Of a stretch of DNA of 64,000 bases, positions 1-9,940 are shown in pieces. The notes beneath the pieces are model-generated. The model had not been told where the DNA came from and searched no databases. It worked only from the letters and a program-made list of their open reading frames with translations. The translations under genes and the position numbers were made by a program. The DNA lies in IMG/VR virus record IMGVR_UViG_3300020190_000054, positions 633-64,632 of that record, one strand, 5' to 3'. Source of the stretch: a virus. Its lineage: Duplodnaviria > Caudoviricetes. Each line of letters begins with the position of its first letter. Position 1 is the stretch's first letter.

Positions 1-182
1 TTGCCTCCATCTACACCCCAATAGAAACGTGTATCACAAACCGGCGGGTCAGGGCTTACTGTGATGCCCAGATGACGCAATTGATCGTGGGTAGCTTCCA
101 GGAGCCATTTACCAGGGTATGTGATTTCGTTAATGGTGAATGACTCGGTTGGGTCAAGTACCTGCCCGTTTTTTACAAACAT
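1..182 (-). CDS. N-terminal part of a putative tail-fibre assembly/associated protein, truncated by the window edge
   Basis: Manual translation from ATG at 180-182: MFVKNGQVLDPTESFTINEITYPGKWLLEATHDQLRHLGITVSPDPPVCDTRFYWGVDGG; follows the LamG/SPRY gene. Confidence 0.65.
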   Translation of the reverse strand, partial: MFVKNGQVLDPTESFTINEITYPGKWLLEATHDQLRHLGITVSPDPPVCDTRFYWGVDGG

Positions 183-219
183 GTTTCTACCTTTTTTTCT
201 ATTTTAAATCGTGGGTTAT

Positions 220-2712
220 TTACCTTGCACGTGCGTATTTAAACGGGTTTTCAGCGAAGGCTGCGTAGATGTAAGTGTTACTACTGGCGTTATAGTCGCC
301 ATAGTTAATTCGGAGTTTGAATCCGTTAGAGAGAATATCAAAAGGATCGTTTGTGCTTTCGGCGATGGTTAAGTTGGCCCAAAGTCTTTTTTCGGTTGGG
401 TTATAGGGATCTCTGGATGTATCGCGGATTATCCAGCTCCATCCTCCAGCATTAGAGGAGTTTTTAATTAATAGCCACCTTGGTCTAAATCCTGTATAAA
501 TAAACACGCCATCCGTGCTGCCGTTACCGATGTAACTACCAAATGCAGAGTACCCAGCCACTGGGGCGAAGCAGTAGGCGATCATTGAGTCCCCAGATGC
601 GTTCGGCGTGAATACTGAAGCTGTTGGTGCGGCTACAACAGCATCTGCTTTTACATCTGTTGTATTCAAGCGCAAATAATCATATGAACCGTCTATAACC
701 GTTGTGCCCACAAGCCAGTCAGAAGTTGTATCACGTTTCTTTTCAATAATCAGTTTTGGTGCAACGCCAAGACCATGACCAACTGTGCCTGAAGGATTAG
801 AATCGTAACTAACAATTGAGAATCCTGCACTTGCGTTTGCCCGAACAGTAGAAGCAATAGTTCCGTCGCTATTTGTGGAATTAGCTGACGCTGAATTCCA
901 GGCCCAAGCAACGTAAGTGCTTGTGTTTAGATTGACATAATTACCACTATCTGTATTATCACCAAGGCTAAATCCGTCTGCATTAAACGAAGTTAATTGT
1001 TTGGTATATGTAACTTCTGCTGCTGTATTGTTTGTTGACAGTATTTTTGTGTTTCCTCTTACGGCATCCATTACTGCGTTAAAGTAACCAGATGTGCTGC
1101 TCCGGTTTTGGATCCACACTAAATCAGGTGAAAAATTTAATCCGGTAATATCTCTTGCACTTGCATTACCTGTATATAGTGCTATATCAAATTGAGTATT
1201 GCCTTTAACAATAGTAGGTTCTGGAAGGTTGGTGTCAACTAAAGCTTTAAACCCACTAGGCGCTGTGTATGCGAAGGGACGTTGACCAAAGTTGCAAGTA
1301 ATTGTTACGCCTGTTGAATAATGATATGTGGCTGGAACCATTGGGTTTGTTAGACCAGTCGCACTAGGATTTGATCCTGTTGCCGGATTTCCAGACGCAA
1401 ACCAAGTCCCATTTTTTCCAAACCAAATTCTGTTGTTATCAGCGTCAAATGCAACCATTAAAACGTCGCCAGAAGAAAGCGCGGTTCCGTAGGAACTAGA
1501 AGAGGCGTTTTGGCGCAATGTTGCGGCATCCATCCAACGCACTGTATCTGCTAATTCCCCTGGGACAGACGTGCTGGCAACACGCATAACACCAATGCCA
1601 CCGTTATTGCCGCCTACATTGCCGCCTCCGGTAAAAGTGTATTCCGCATACCATTTACCAGACGAAAGAGCAAAAGTAGAAGTCCAGCCACTATCACTGT
1701 TTGTAACAGTTTTATTTGAAACAAGGTTTCCGTCAGTAGATGCAAGTGTTCCAGTTCCATAAGACTGAAGTGGATTTAATGTGCAGTAATTCCCCCTTAC
1801 TTCTCCACCAACACCAGTATCAGTGCCATAAGAGGTAGGTGTATCTACCAGGGAATCATTACCGGCACCTGCTGTGACACTGAAATTATTAGGAGTCCAA
1901 TCGTTACTACCAACACGGTCTTTACCAAGCGTGGTGGAAGTAGTTCCAGAGTTATCAGAGAAATCTAAATAGAAACCATTGGTACCATAAGTACCTATGT
2001 AATTAATAGGAGTCCACAAGCCAGTGGTTTGATCCGTTGCTCCAAACGAAGAAGGTGTTAATGCCTGGCCGTCAACAAAGTGTGTTTCTGCAAGGTAGCC
2101 ATTTAAATGATAAAAAGCTGACGGAGAGTATCGTCCAATTGTATGCGCAGCTGCTTGATTTACACCTAAATCTGCATTTTGAGATGGATTTGTTCTTGTG
2201 CTAAATGCTGTAACTTGAGAGCCATTAACGTATAACCTTACTCTATTATCTGCAGTTGCTTGTGTTGTGTCTACTGTTAGTACTAAATGATACCAGGCAT
2301 TAGTATCTTTAAATACTTGTGATGTGACTAACCAAGTTGACGTGTATCCAACAATAGTTAGTGTTTCTGTGGGTGAAAAGTATACAGAAAATGCCCCAGC
2401 ATCGGTGCTAGCAGAATAAACGTCAAAAAGCATTTGTGATCCCACGCCAAGCTCAGATCTTTTTAACCATCCACTCCATGTCCAAGTTTTCCTATTGCCC
2501 GCACCACTTGGCGTCCTGCTTAAATACGCACTATCTGCTGAGTTAAATCTCAGACTTCTTGAGATTGTTACAGGTTCCGCTGGAGGAGTGGGCCACAGGT
2601 TATCTTTTTCTAAAGCAAACTGACTCCGCATGTTCCACATGCCGGAACGTACGGAGGAACTCCATGTAGTAGGAGTTGTGCCGAGATAACCACCTTCCCG
2701 CTTCTTACCCAT
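220..2712 (-). CDS. LamG/concanavalin-like and SPRY-domain virion (tail-fibre-associated) protein
   Basis: 830 aa; SLRFN..SAYLSRT, WTWSGWLKR and AWYHLVL (LamG-like); SSGKWYAE and GDVLMVAFDAD..IWFGKNGTW (SPRY-like); C-terminal GFSIVSY/HGLGVAP/GFRPRWLLIK repeats. Confidence 0.8.
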   Translation of the reverse strand: MGKKREGGYLGTTPTTWSSSVRSGMWNMRSQFALEKDNLWPTPPAEPVTISRSLRFNSADSAYLSRTPSGAGNRKTWTWSGWLKRSELGVGSQMLFDVYSASTDAGAFSVYFSPTETLTIVGYTSTWLVTSQVFKDTNAWYHLVLTVDTTQATADNRVRLYVNGSQVTAFSTRTNPSQNADLGVNQAAAHTIGRYSPSAFYHLNGYLAETHFVDGQALTPSSFGATDQTTGLWTPINYIGTYGTNGFYLDFSDNSGTTSTTLGKDRVGSNDWTPNNFSVTAGAGNDSLVDTPTSYGTDTGVGGEVRGNYCTLNPLQSYGTGTLASTDGNLVSNKTVTNSDSGWTSTFALSSGKWYAEYTFTGGGNVGGNNGGIGVMRVASTSVPGELADTVRWMDAATLRQNASSSSYGTALSSGDVLMVAFDADNNRIWFGKNGTWFASGNPATGSNPSATGLTNPMVPATYHYSTGVTITCNFGQRPFAYTAPSGFKALVDTNLPEPTIVKGNTQFDIALYTGNASARDITGLNFSPDLVWIQNRSSTSGYFNAVMDAVRGNTKILSTNNTAAEVTYTKQLTSFNADGFSLGDNTDSGNYVNLNTSTYVAWAWNSASANSTNSDGTIASTVRANASAGFSIVSYDSNPSGTVGHGLGVAPKLIIEKKRDTTSDWLVGTTVIDGSYDYLRLNTTDVKADAVVAAPTASVFTPNASGDSMIAYCFAPVAGYSAFGSYIGNGSTDGVFIYTGFRPRWLLIKNSSNAGGWSWIIRDTSRDPYNPTEKRLWANLTIAESTNDPFDILSNGFKLRINYGDYNASSNTYIYAAFAENPFKYARAR

Positions 2713-2746
2713 CGGAGACTCTTTCTATATTTATTTAGTCTATCAA

Positions 2747-3136
2747 TTAAGGCTGAATATCAAGCGCTGAAACGGTAAAAACAACACCAGAAGCAACCGA
2801 GGAACGTGCCCTTAATTTACTGCCGTAAGGAACGTTGGCTTTATTGACGATAAATTCCAGGGAGGAGTTGGCGGGTACCACAATGGTTTTACCCATTAAG
2901 AAACTCCCGGACTCAGTATCAACTGTACCCGTGGCAGTGCTAGTAGAGCCGGTCAGCGTGGTGTAAAGGCTTACGTTTACATCACCGGTGCTGGTGTTAG
3001 AAGCAAGCGCCGACAGCACAATGGAAACACCACTGGAGTTCGTTAAGGCACCGTCTTGGCCACTGGTGGGGTTATAAACATCAGCGATACCAGTGGTTGT
3101 TAACTGGGTACCTTTGAACTTAAAATACTCGGCCAT
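2747..3136 (-). CDS. small beta-rich virion protein of the tail-fibre cluster
   Basis: 129 aa ORF with IVVPANSSLE motif; genomic context. Confidence 0.55.
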   Translation of the reverse strand: MAEYFKFKGTQLTTTGIADVYNPTSGQDGALTNSSGVSIVLSALASNTSTGDVNVSLYTTLTGSTSTATGTVDTESGSFLMGKTIVVPANSSLEFIVNKANVPYGSKLRARSSVASGVVFTVSALDIQP

Positions 3137-3174
3137 TGCTAAGACTCTTTTCTACTGATTATAAGATCAAGAAA

Positions 3175-3774
3175 TTAACCAGCAAGGGCAATTACAAGCC
3201 CTAGGCTAACTCCTCCAGCGGTTGCTGCAGTTGTTTGCGTGGTGCCATCAGGGAACTTAAAGCCACCTGAGGTTGACTGAACAATACCTGACGTAACCAC
3301 ACCAGAGGCAAAGTTACCGCTGTTAAACAGGCTTAAGTTACCCCTGGTTGTAGCACCAGAGATTTGAGTAGTGAATACACCGGAAACAAAGTTGGCAGTC
3401 GTACCAGTTGTCGTTGTTCCCGTAAGAGTTGTGAAGTTCCCACCAAGGGCAGAAATATTAGTGAAGTTACCAGTATTACCAGTGACGGTGGCACCGGAAA
3501 TTTGAGTGGTAAATACTCCGGAAACAAAATTGGCAGTCGTACCGGTAACAGTAGTACCAGTAAGCGTTGTAAAGCTGCCTCCAATGCCTGCAACATTGGT
3601 GAAGTTACCAGTATTACCAGTTACTGTTGCGCCACTTACTTGGGAGGTAAATACGCCTGATGCTCCGGAAATCTGAGTAAAGCCATTTTGAACGGCTTGT
3701 GTAAAATCAAAAGTAGTATCACCGCTACCCGGATCGTAAATAAGGGTATTAACTTTTAAAGTGCCGTATGCCAT
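3175..3774 (-). CDS. short tail-fibre-like repeat protein
   Basis: 199 aa, G/T-rich; about 46-aa repeat GVFT.QISGATVTGNTGNFT; GFKFPDGTTQTTAA fibre motif. Confidence 0.7.
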   Translation of the reverse strand: MAYGTLKVNTLIYDPGSGDTTFDFTQAVQNGFTQISGASGVFTSQVSGATVTGNTGNFTNVAGIGGSFTTLTGTTVTGTTANFVSGVFTTQISGATVTGNTGNFTNISALGGNFTTLTGTTTTGTTANFVSGVFTTQISGATTRGNLSLFNSGNFASGVVTSGIVQSTSGGFKFPDGTTQTTAATAGGVSLGLVIALAG

Positions 3775-3794
3775 TGCGGTCTTTTCTTTTTATT

Positions 3795-6428
3795 TTAATT
3801 CAAGATTCTCCAGACACTTCCGGAGGGTATTGTAACCGTAAAGCCGGATGCCACAGATGCTGTTTCAATAGAAGCAGCGTTGTAACCACTGGTAATAGTA
3901 TAGTTCTGGTCAATGATTAATTTACTTTCTAATACTGGTTTATCAATAACAATTCCACTACTGGTGCTGATAGCCCAAACTGTGCTTCCATTGCCAAGAG
4001 TTGTCAGTACGTAGCCTGAAAGCCCAACACTGTTTGGGAAAGAAAATTGACCAAAAGGTCGAACATCCCCTGCACCAGAAACAAACGTTGTTCCACCAGC
4101 AATAAAAGTAGAGCCAGAAACACGGCTGAACTGACCAGATGTAACAGTTAAGGTGTCACCAGTAATTAAGGCGCCGGAAAGTTGGGAGGTAAATACTCCG
4201 CTGATCCCAGTAATTTGAGTGAATTGGCCATTAATTCCGGTGATCGTAGTCCCCTGGATCGTATTACCGGTAATAGTTGTGCCTGAGATTTGGCTTGTGA
4301 ATACACCACTAATTCCAGTAATAGTTGTGTATTGACCGGTGTCTCCGGTAATTACGGCACCAGATAATTGACTCGTGAAAACACCAGAGCTGAAGTTGGC
4401 GTTTGTACCGGTAACGGTTGCGCCTGTGACGGTGGTGAATCCAGCGGTATTACCCGTTAATGTTCCAAATTGACCTGCATTTCCGGTAATTGTGGTACCA
4501 GAAATTTGTCCGGTGAAGACTCCACTAATGCCTGTGATTTGCGTAAATTGACCATTGATTCCAGTGAATGTGGTTCCCTGGATCGTATTGCCGGTAATCG
4601 TTGCACCGGAAATCTGGTTTGTGAATACACCGCTGGCAAAGTTAGCGTTGGTACCAGTGACAGTTGCACCGGTGACTGTTGTGAATCCAGCAGTATTACC
4701 AGTAAGAGTATTAAATTGCCCTGCATCGCCTGTGATTACAGCTCCGGAAATATTAGTGGTTCCAACTAAGTAAGTTCCAGTAATATTTGTGGCTTGGATG
4801 TTTGTACCGGTAATTGTGGTACCACTTAAAGTTCCAGTGACATTGACACCAGAACTAAAAAATCCAGATCCTTGAACAACTAAATCACCGGTAACAGTTA
4901 GTGTTCCGGAAACCGTTTGTGAATACGCAGTTAAATTTTGAAATGTACCGGAGGTGAAATGAGCAATATTACCGGTAACCGTTGCACCAGAAATTTGAGT
5001 GGTGAAAACACCCGAAGAAAAGTTTGCAGTAGTACCAGTGATTGTGGCGCCGGTCAGCGTAGTGAAACCACCGCCTATTCCGGTAATACTTGTGAATTGA
5101 CCGTTGGTACCGGTAATTGTTGTTCCGGTAATAGTCGTAAAGCCCGCTGTATTACCAGTCAGTGTGGTGAATTGGCCAAGATTACCGGTGACCGTGGCAC
5201 CAGACAAAGTATTTGTAAAGGTTCCGCTACTGAAGTTAGCGTTAGTGCCGGTGACTGTGGCCCCTGTAAGCGTTGTAAACCCACCGCCAATACCAGTGAT
5301 GGACGTAAACTGACCCGTTGTACCAGTAATGGTTACACCAGAAATACTGCCAGAGTTTACTGTTAAGCCTGAGGCAATTGTTGCTGTTTGACCAACGGTG
5401 AGTGTTCCGCTAGTAAGAATATTGCCAGTGACGGTAATGTTTTGTTTGACAACACCGGTTTCAAACGTTGCCGTAATAGCATTTAATGTTGTGAAATTTC
5501 CAGTATTTCCAGTGATTGTGGCGCCGGAGATCTGTGAGTTAAAAACTCCGCTATTACCTGTAAGAGTTGTAAAATTAGCAGTGTTTCCGGTAATCGAAGC
5601 ACCGGAAATTTGACTTGTGAAAACACCTGATCCGCCAGTGATTGTGGTGAATTGTGCGTTAGTGCCAGTAACTGTTACGCCACTGACTGTTCCACTGATA
5701 TTGACACCAGAACTAAAGAAGCCAGAGCCCAGTACACGCAGATTTCCGGTAACCGCAAGGTCTCCGCTAATGTTCTGAGAAGCAACGTTTAACGTTTGGA
5801 ACGTACCACTGGTGGCATTGATGTTATTGCCAGTGATTGTTGCGCCAGAAATCTGAGTGGTGAATACGCCACTGCTTGCATTGACCGTCGTACCTGTAAT
5901 GGTTACGCCGCTGACGGTATTAGCAGTAACAATGTTTGAAAAATTACCGGTCAGTGTATTGACCGTCGTACCGGTAATTGTTGTACCAGAGAGCTGTGAT
6001 GTGAATACACCACTGCTAGCGTTAACAACATTTCCGGTAACGGTAGTGAATTGACCGGAGGTACCAGCAACAAGATTTCCTTGGATCGTATTACCGGTAA
6101 TTGTGTTGCCGGTCAGCGTTCCCGTAATACTCGCGCCGTTTTGTACGACTAAGCTGGCGAGGGTTGTGGTCCCAGTGACCGTAATGCTATTTAGTGTTGT
6201 GCTTCCAGAGACAGTAATGTTGTTGGCAAAAATTACCGCACCGCTAACGGTACCGCCTGTAAGAGGTAAATAATAAAGATCTAAATATGCACGAACGCCG
6301 GAAACAGTTAGTTTTTTATTTTTAATTGTGGGGTCGACTTCTGCGACCTGTACAACGGTAAATAGGTCACCGTCCGCCAGATTGATCCCGGCGATTTCCT
6401 GTAGATCAGAGATCCTACGGTTTGCCAC
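3795..6428 (-). CDS. long tail-fibre-like protein with G/T/S/N-rich repeats (probable beta-helix)
   Basis: 877 aa; N-terminal RRISDL...DLF..V attachment-type motif; many SGVFTSQISGATITG repeats; C-terminal NYTITSGYNA...VTIPSGSVWRIL. Confidence 0.8.
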   Translation of the reverse strand: MANRRISDLQEIAGINLADGDLFTVVQVAEVDPTIKNKKLTVSGVRAYLDLYYLPLTGGTVSGAVIFANNITVSGSTTLNSITVTGTTTLASLVVQNGASITGTLTGNTITGNTIQGNLVAGTSGQFTTVTGNVVNASSGVFTSQLSGTTITGTTVNTLTGNFSNIVTANTVSGVTITGTTVNASSGVFTTQISGATITGNNINATSGTFQTLNVASQNISGDLAVTGNLRVLGSGFFSSGVNISGTVSGVTVTGTNAQFTTITGGSGVFTSQISGASITGNTANFTTLTGNSGVFNSQISGATITGNTGNFTTLNAITATFETGVVKQNITVTGNILTSGTLTVGQTATIASGLTVNSGSISGVTITGTTGQFTSITGIGGGFTTLTGATVTGTNANFSSGTFTNTLSGATVTGNLGQFTTLTGNTAGFTTITGTTITGTNGQFTSITGIGGGFTTLTGATITGTTANFSSGVFTTQISGATVTGNIAHFTSGTFQNLTAYSQTVSGTLTVTGDLVVQGSGFFSSGVNVTGTLSGTTITGTNIQATNITGTYLVGTTNISGAVITGDAGQFNTLTGNTAGFTTVTGATVTGTNANFASGVFTNQISGATITGNTIQGTTFTGINGQFTQITGISGVFTGQISGTTITGNAGQFGTLTGNTAGFTTVTGATVTGTNANFSSGVFTSQLSGAVITGDTGQYTTITGISGVFTSQISGTTITGNTIQGTTITGINGQFTQITGISGVFTSQLSGALITGDTLTVTSGQFSRVSGSTFIAGGTTFVSGAGDVRPFGQFSFPNSVGLSGYVLTTLGNGSTVWAISTSSGIVIDKPVLESKLIIDQNYTITSGYNAASIETASVASGFTVTIPSGSVWRILN

Positions 6429-6478
6429 CTATTAAATCACATAGTCTCGTTATATGAATTATACTTTCACCAACTCCG

Positions 6479-6829
6479 TTATTTGAGCTTGATTTCAATG
6501 CGCGGAAGCGTGTTCATCAAAAAGGTTCCGGCCATTTGAACACCAAAGACAACCCCACAGGAAACGACCAGTACAAGCAAAAGCTCTGCCACCGTCAAAT
6601 TTCGACGCACATAAACGACTTGTTGCTGCGGCGGAACAAATGAAGGCACCGGAGGTTGCGATGCAAAAGCTTGTTGAATAGCTAACTCACGCGCTTTGGC
6701 CTTCATTTCTTCCAGCTGTTCAGGCGTGATGTTTCCAGGGATACTCACCGATCCTTGAACAGAAGCAAAAGGAGGAAGCTGGCTGTTGGGGATTTGTTCA
6801 GACATTGGAAAGGCAAAATCTTTTCCCAC
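6479..6829 (-). CDS. hypothetical membrane protein (true start may be about 6806)
   Basis: C-terminal hydrophobic helix LLLVLVVSCGVVFGV. Confidence 0.6.
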   Translation of the reverse strand: MGKDFAFPMSEQIPNSQLPPFASVQGSVSIPGNITPEQLEEMKAKARELAIQQAFASQPPVPSFVPPQQQVVYVRRNLTVAELLLVLVVSCGVVFGVQMAGTFLMNTLPRIEIKLK

Positions 6830-6860
6830 ACACTAGCATTTAAACAAATCTTGTGGTGTT

Positions 6861-7289
6861 ATGACCTACGGCATCAGGAAAGGACTTGAAGACATTGCGT
6901 TTGAGCTGAAAGGAATCAGGGCTGCTCTCAGCGCAATGTGGAGAGTTCGCTACGAATATGACGAAACGGACGTATTGCATCCAGAGGTTTACGCAGATGA
7001 GTTTATCTCAACAGAAGAGTGCGCTCGTAGGCTTGGCGTCTCAGATCAAACGATTCGCAACTGGATTTCCATTGGGAGAAAAGATAAGAAAAACGGCTGG
7101 AAAGAAGGTTTGCATTACGTCAACATCTCCCCAGATGGCCACAAGAAAGCAGTCATTCGAATTCCCTGGAACGAACTGGTGCGTTCAGTAGTTAAGAACC
7201 GTAAAACTACCTTCCAAGATTTTACGGAAGGCTCTCGGCCTATTTACCAGAAAGCTGCAGCGAAGAAAGATGTTGATAACAAGATTTGA
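6861..7289 (+). CDS. excisionase/MerR-like HTH DNA-binding protein
   Basis: FISTEECARRLGVSDQTIRNWI...WKEGLHY. Confidence 0.7.
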   Translation: MTYGIRKGLEDIAFELKGIRAALSAMWRVRYEYDETDVLHPEVYADEFISTEECARRLGVSDQTIRNWISIGRKDKKNGWKEGLHYVNISPDGHKKAVIRIPWNELVRSVVKNRKTTFQDFTEGSRPIYQKAAAKKDVDNKI

Positions 7290-7782
7290 CAATTTTTCAA
7301 TAGATGCGGTCACTGTTGAGAACTGTTCTCAATTACTGCCCAACTCTTTGTATCTGCAGTTGGTGGATTTTCTTCCGCCCAGCGGCTCATTTGACGATGG
7401 CTGCCTCCAAAGATATTTGGAAAACCTTAAAAAGTACGAAGAAGAAGACGCCAATTCCGGAATGACTTTGGCAAATAGATTGCGGCTGGCATTCAAAGAT
7501 ATGCAACCTGACACAATCTGTGGTAAGTTTCCCCAAGCAGAACTGCCGCTTAAAAGACGGTTGCGCTGTGTAGCAGAGTATCTCATCCGTTCTGGTGAGT
7601 TTGATAAGCTGCGCGATGACAATGGCAAGCTAATGAAAAAACGTGGAGTTTTAGGAAAGCTTGTCGTTATTTACAAACCGCTCCCGAAACTTTTAGAATC
7701 GCTTCAAAAGCAAGAGTTGATTAAAAATGAATCGAAGGGAAAAGCTGCTTCTTCAACTGTTGGGCAAGGATCTAGAGGATGA
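7270..7782 (+). CDS. hypothetical protein (possible winged helix)
   Basis: 170 aa ORF overlapping its neighbours in an operon-like arrangement. Confidence 0.6.
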   Translation: MLITRFDNFSIDAVTVENCSQLLPNSLYLQLVDFLPPSGSFDDGCLQRYLENLKKYEEEDANSGMTLANRLRLAFKDMQPDTICGKFPQAELPLKRRLRCVAEYLIRSGEFDKLRDDNGKLMKKRGVLGKLVVIYKPLPKLLESLQKQELIKNESKGKAASSTVGQGSRG

Positions 7783-8116
7783 AACTAAAGCAAAAATGCT
7801 GGAAACCACAGTTGCTCTTATCTTGGGCGACATGGGTAGCATGTATACAAAATTCTGGGAAGCCGAAGGACCGGGAATCTTGTGCTTCCAGCCAGCAAAT
7901 AAAGAAAGGCAGGTTTTTTTCCTGACACTTAAAGAGTTGCACTCGGCACAAGAACAGTGCGAACGAGAGAATGATGGAGATATGGCAGAAACTTTTCGAC
8001 GCATTCTTCAGGCTGCCCAAAAAATTAACCCACAAGAAAAAGCTGGTTACATCATTAATGATGAAGAGGGCATTCGCTATTTGGAAATAGACTATAACGT
8101 CGTTGCAGGTGACTGA
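7727..8116 (+). CDS. hypothetical protein
   Basis: 129 aa; TGATG coupling to the next gene. Confidence 0.6.
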   Translation: MNRREKLLLQLLGKDLEDETKAKMLETTVALILGDMGSMYTKFWEAEGPGILCFQPANKERQVFFLTLKELHSAQEQCERENDGDMAETFRRILQAAQKINPQEKAGYIINDEEGIRYLEIDYNVVAGD

Positions 8117-8700
8117 TGGGCGGTAAATTTCGTCAAAAAGTTGAAGATCTTGAGCTTATTACAAGCTTCGATTTAATTGGGGCTGCTCATGAACTACTGG
8201 GCAATATTGACTTAGATCCAGCCAGTTCAAAAGTTGCCAACTCCTATGTGCAAGCTGACAATTTTTTTACGCCTCAAGACGACGGGTTGAATAGCCAGCT
8301 TTGGTTTGGCAAAGTTTATTTGTTTCCTCCAAGTGGATCTTACTTTTGGGAAGAAAAGAATCAAAGATGGAAAATGACACGAGCAAGTTCAGTGTCTTTG
8401 ATCTCGGGGCATGCCTTGTGGTTTAGAAAACTTTACAAAGCCTGGATGAATGGAGAAGTTGAGCAAGGTCTTTATTTTAGTAACTGTCCAGACATGGTCA
8501 GATACGATCAAACAATCTTTGATTTCCCCATGTGTTTTCTCAGGACTGCTCCTGTTTTGATAAAAAACACCAGTGAAGGTATTGGGAGACATCGAACGTC
8601 TACCAGTTTTCTAGTTTATTTGCAACCGAAAGATCGCTCAGGTGAGGCAACTCAGAAATTCATTGACATTTATTCAGATAGGGGACGAGTACTCGCTTGA
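8116..8700 (+). CDS. phage DNA N6-adenine methyltransferase-like protein with a variant catalytic motif
   Basis: IDLDPASS, FFT..DDGL..W.GKVYLFPP (NPPY expected). Confidence 0.65.
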   Translation: MGGKFRQKVEDLELITSFDLIGAAHELLGNIDLDPASSKVANSYVQADNFFTPQDDGLNSQLWFGKVYLFPPSGSYFWEEKNQRWKMTRASSVSLISGHALWFRKLYKAWMNGEVEQGLYFSNCPDMVRYDQTIFDFPMCFLRTAPVLIKNTSEGIGRHRTSTSFLVYLQPKDRSGEATQKFIDIYSDRGRVLA

Positions 8701-8733
8701 GTTCGGTATACTGAAAAACGAATTGAAGGTCTT

Positions 8734-9321
8734 ATGAGCGTTCTTGCAGATTGGGAAATTAAATACCTGGCCGAAAAAGAGGGGATGATTAGTCCGTTCC
8801 AGGATCATCTCGTCAGCGAAGAAAACGGACAACGCATTTTGAGCTATGGGCTTAGCTCTTATGGCTACGACATTCGCCTGTCAACAAAGCAGTGTTTAAT
8901 TTTCGGTCGTACCCAGTCTGGCGATTGCGATCCTAAAGAATTTAATAAAGATATTCTTCATCCAGCCGAGTTACTGGAAGATGAAAAAGGTCAGTATTTC
9001 TTGTTGCCTCCTTTTGGTTACTGCCTAGGGGTTGCAGAAGAACATCTCAAACTTCCCAGGGACATAACTGTCGTCGCAGTTGGTAAATCAACCTATGCAC
9101 GTTCTGGAATTTTGGTAAACATTACTCCAGCAGAAGCAGGATGGAAGGGTCATCTTACTTTGGAAATCAGTAATTGCACTGGACTTTTTAATCGCATCTA
9201 TGCCAACGAAGGTATTACGCAACTGCTATTCCATCGTGGTAGTTCGTGTGAAACCAGTTACCAAGATCGAAAAGGCAAGTACCAAAACCAAACTCACAAA
9301 GTTGTGCTCGCCAAGGTATGA
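8734..9321 (+). CDS. dcd: dCTP deaminase
   Basis: SYGLSSYGYDIRL, GKSTYARSG, TPAEAGWKGHLTLEISN, YANEGITQLLF, KGKYQNQ. Confidence 0.95.
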   Translation: MSVLADWEIKYLAEKEGMISPFQDHLVSEENGQRILSYGLSSYGYDIRLSTKQCLIFGRTQSGDCDPKEFNKDILHPAELLEDEKGQYFLLPPFGYCLGVAEEHLKLPRDITVVAVGKSTYARSGILVNITPAEAGWKGHLTLEISNCTGLFNRIYANEGITQLLFHRGSSCETSYQDRKGKYQNQTHKVVLAKV

Positions 9322-9518
9322 ACCCAACTACATGCTTAGATATTCTTGAGATTCTTTACGACGACGTTATCTGTTTAGAAGACGATACCCTGGCAACAAA
9401 ACTTGCTAGGTTTCGATCTGAAGAAGTGCAATGGGTTTTAAATATGATTAAACCCAGGCTTGAAGAATTAAGAGATAGTTTAGAACTAGAAGAAATGAAT
9501 CAACTTACGTTCGATTAA
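9318..9518 (+). CDS. small acidic hypothetical protein
   Basis: 66 aa; ATGA overlap with the dcd stop. Confidence 0.5.
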   Translation: MNPTTCLDILEILYDDVICLEDDTLATKLARFRSEEVQWVLNMIKPRLEELRDSLELEEMNQLTFD

Positions 9519-9904
9519 TAATTGTAGGGACGGCCAAAGCTTGGTTGGGGTTTATTGGCATAGTTAGTGCTGCCCGCAGTGCCAATTGTATCTCCCATAC
9601 TTGGCAACGTTGTTCCGTCGATCACGGCTTCGCTGCGCGGTGTTTTGCCACGAATCATCGGCTCGTCAATCCCAGCCTTTTGACGAAACTTGCCCGCACT
9701 TTTTGCGGCACGGAAATATTTAGCAACCCGATCTTGCTGGCGGGCATTTTCAGTATCTGCCCTGGAAGCAGTAAGTTTTTCTTCTGTATCTAAACGGCGT
9801 AAATCCGTGTCATACGCTTGTTCCGGATTGAGGTCCGAAAGTTCTGCTCCAGACGTTCCAGAGTCTTTCTGGGGATCGTAAGTAGGATCGAAGAAGTTAA
9901 GCAT
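9515..9904 (-). CDS. hypothetical protein
   Basis: 129 aa with a TAAAAT -10-like box just upstream. Confidence 0.55.
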   Translation of the reverse strand: MLNFFDPTYDPQKDSGTSGAELSDLNPEQAYDTDLRRLDTEEKLTASRADTENARQQDRVAKYFRAAKSAGKFRQKAGIDEPMIRGKTPRSEAVIDGTTLPSMGDTIGTAGSTNYANKPQPSFGRPYNY

Positions 9905-9940
9905 GATAGTATTTTAAAAGAGGTAATTCCGGCTTATAAG

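Noticed and set aside
100-120. Apparent frameshift in the first partial gene
   Set aside because: Re-reading gives TAC CCT GGT AAA TGG (YPGKW); the frame is intact.
3333-6054. Several alternative-frame ORFs within the fibre genes
   Set aside because: They are explained by repetitive Thr/Gly codons that lack stops in other frames.
3175-6428. Repeats as a diversity-generating retroelement TR/VR pair
   Set aside because: No reverse transcriptase in the window, and the differences are not adenine-specific.
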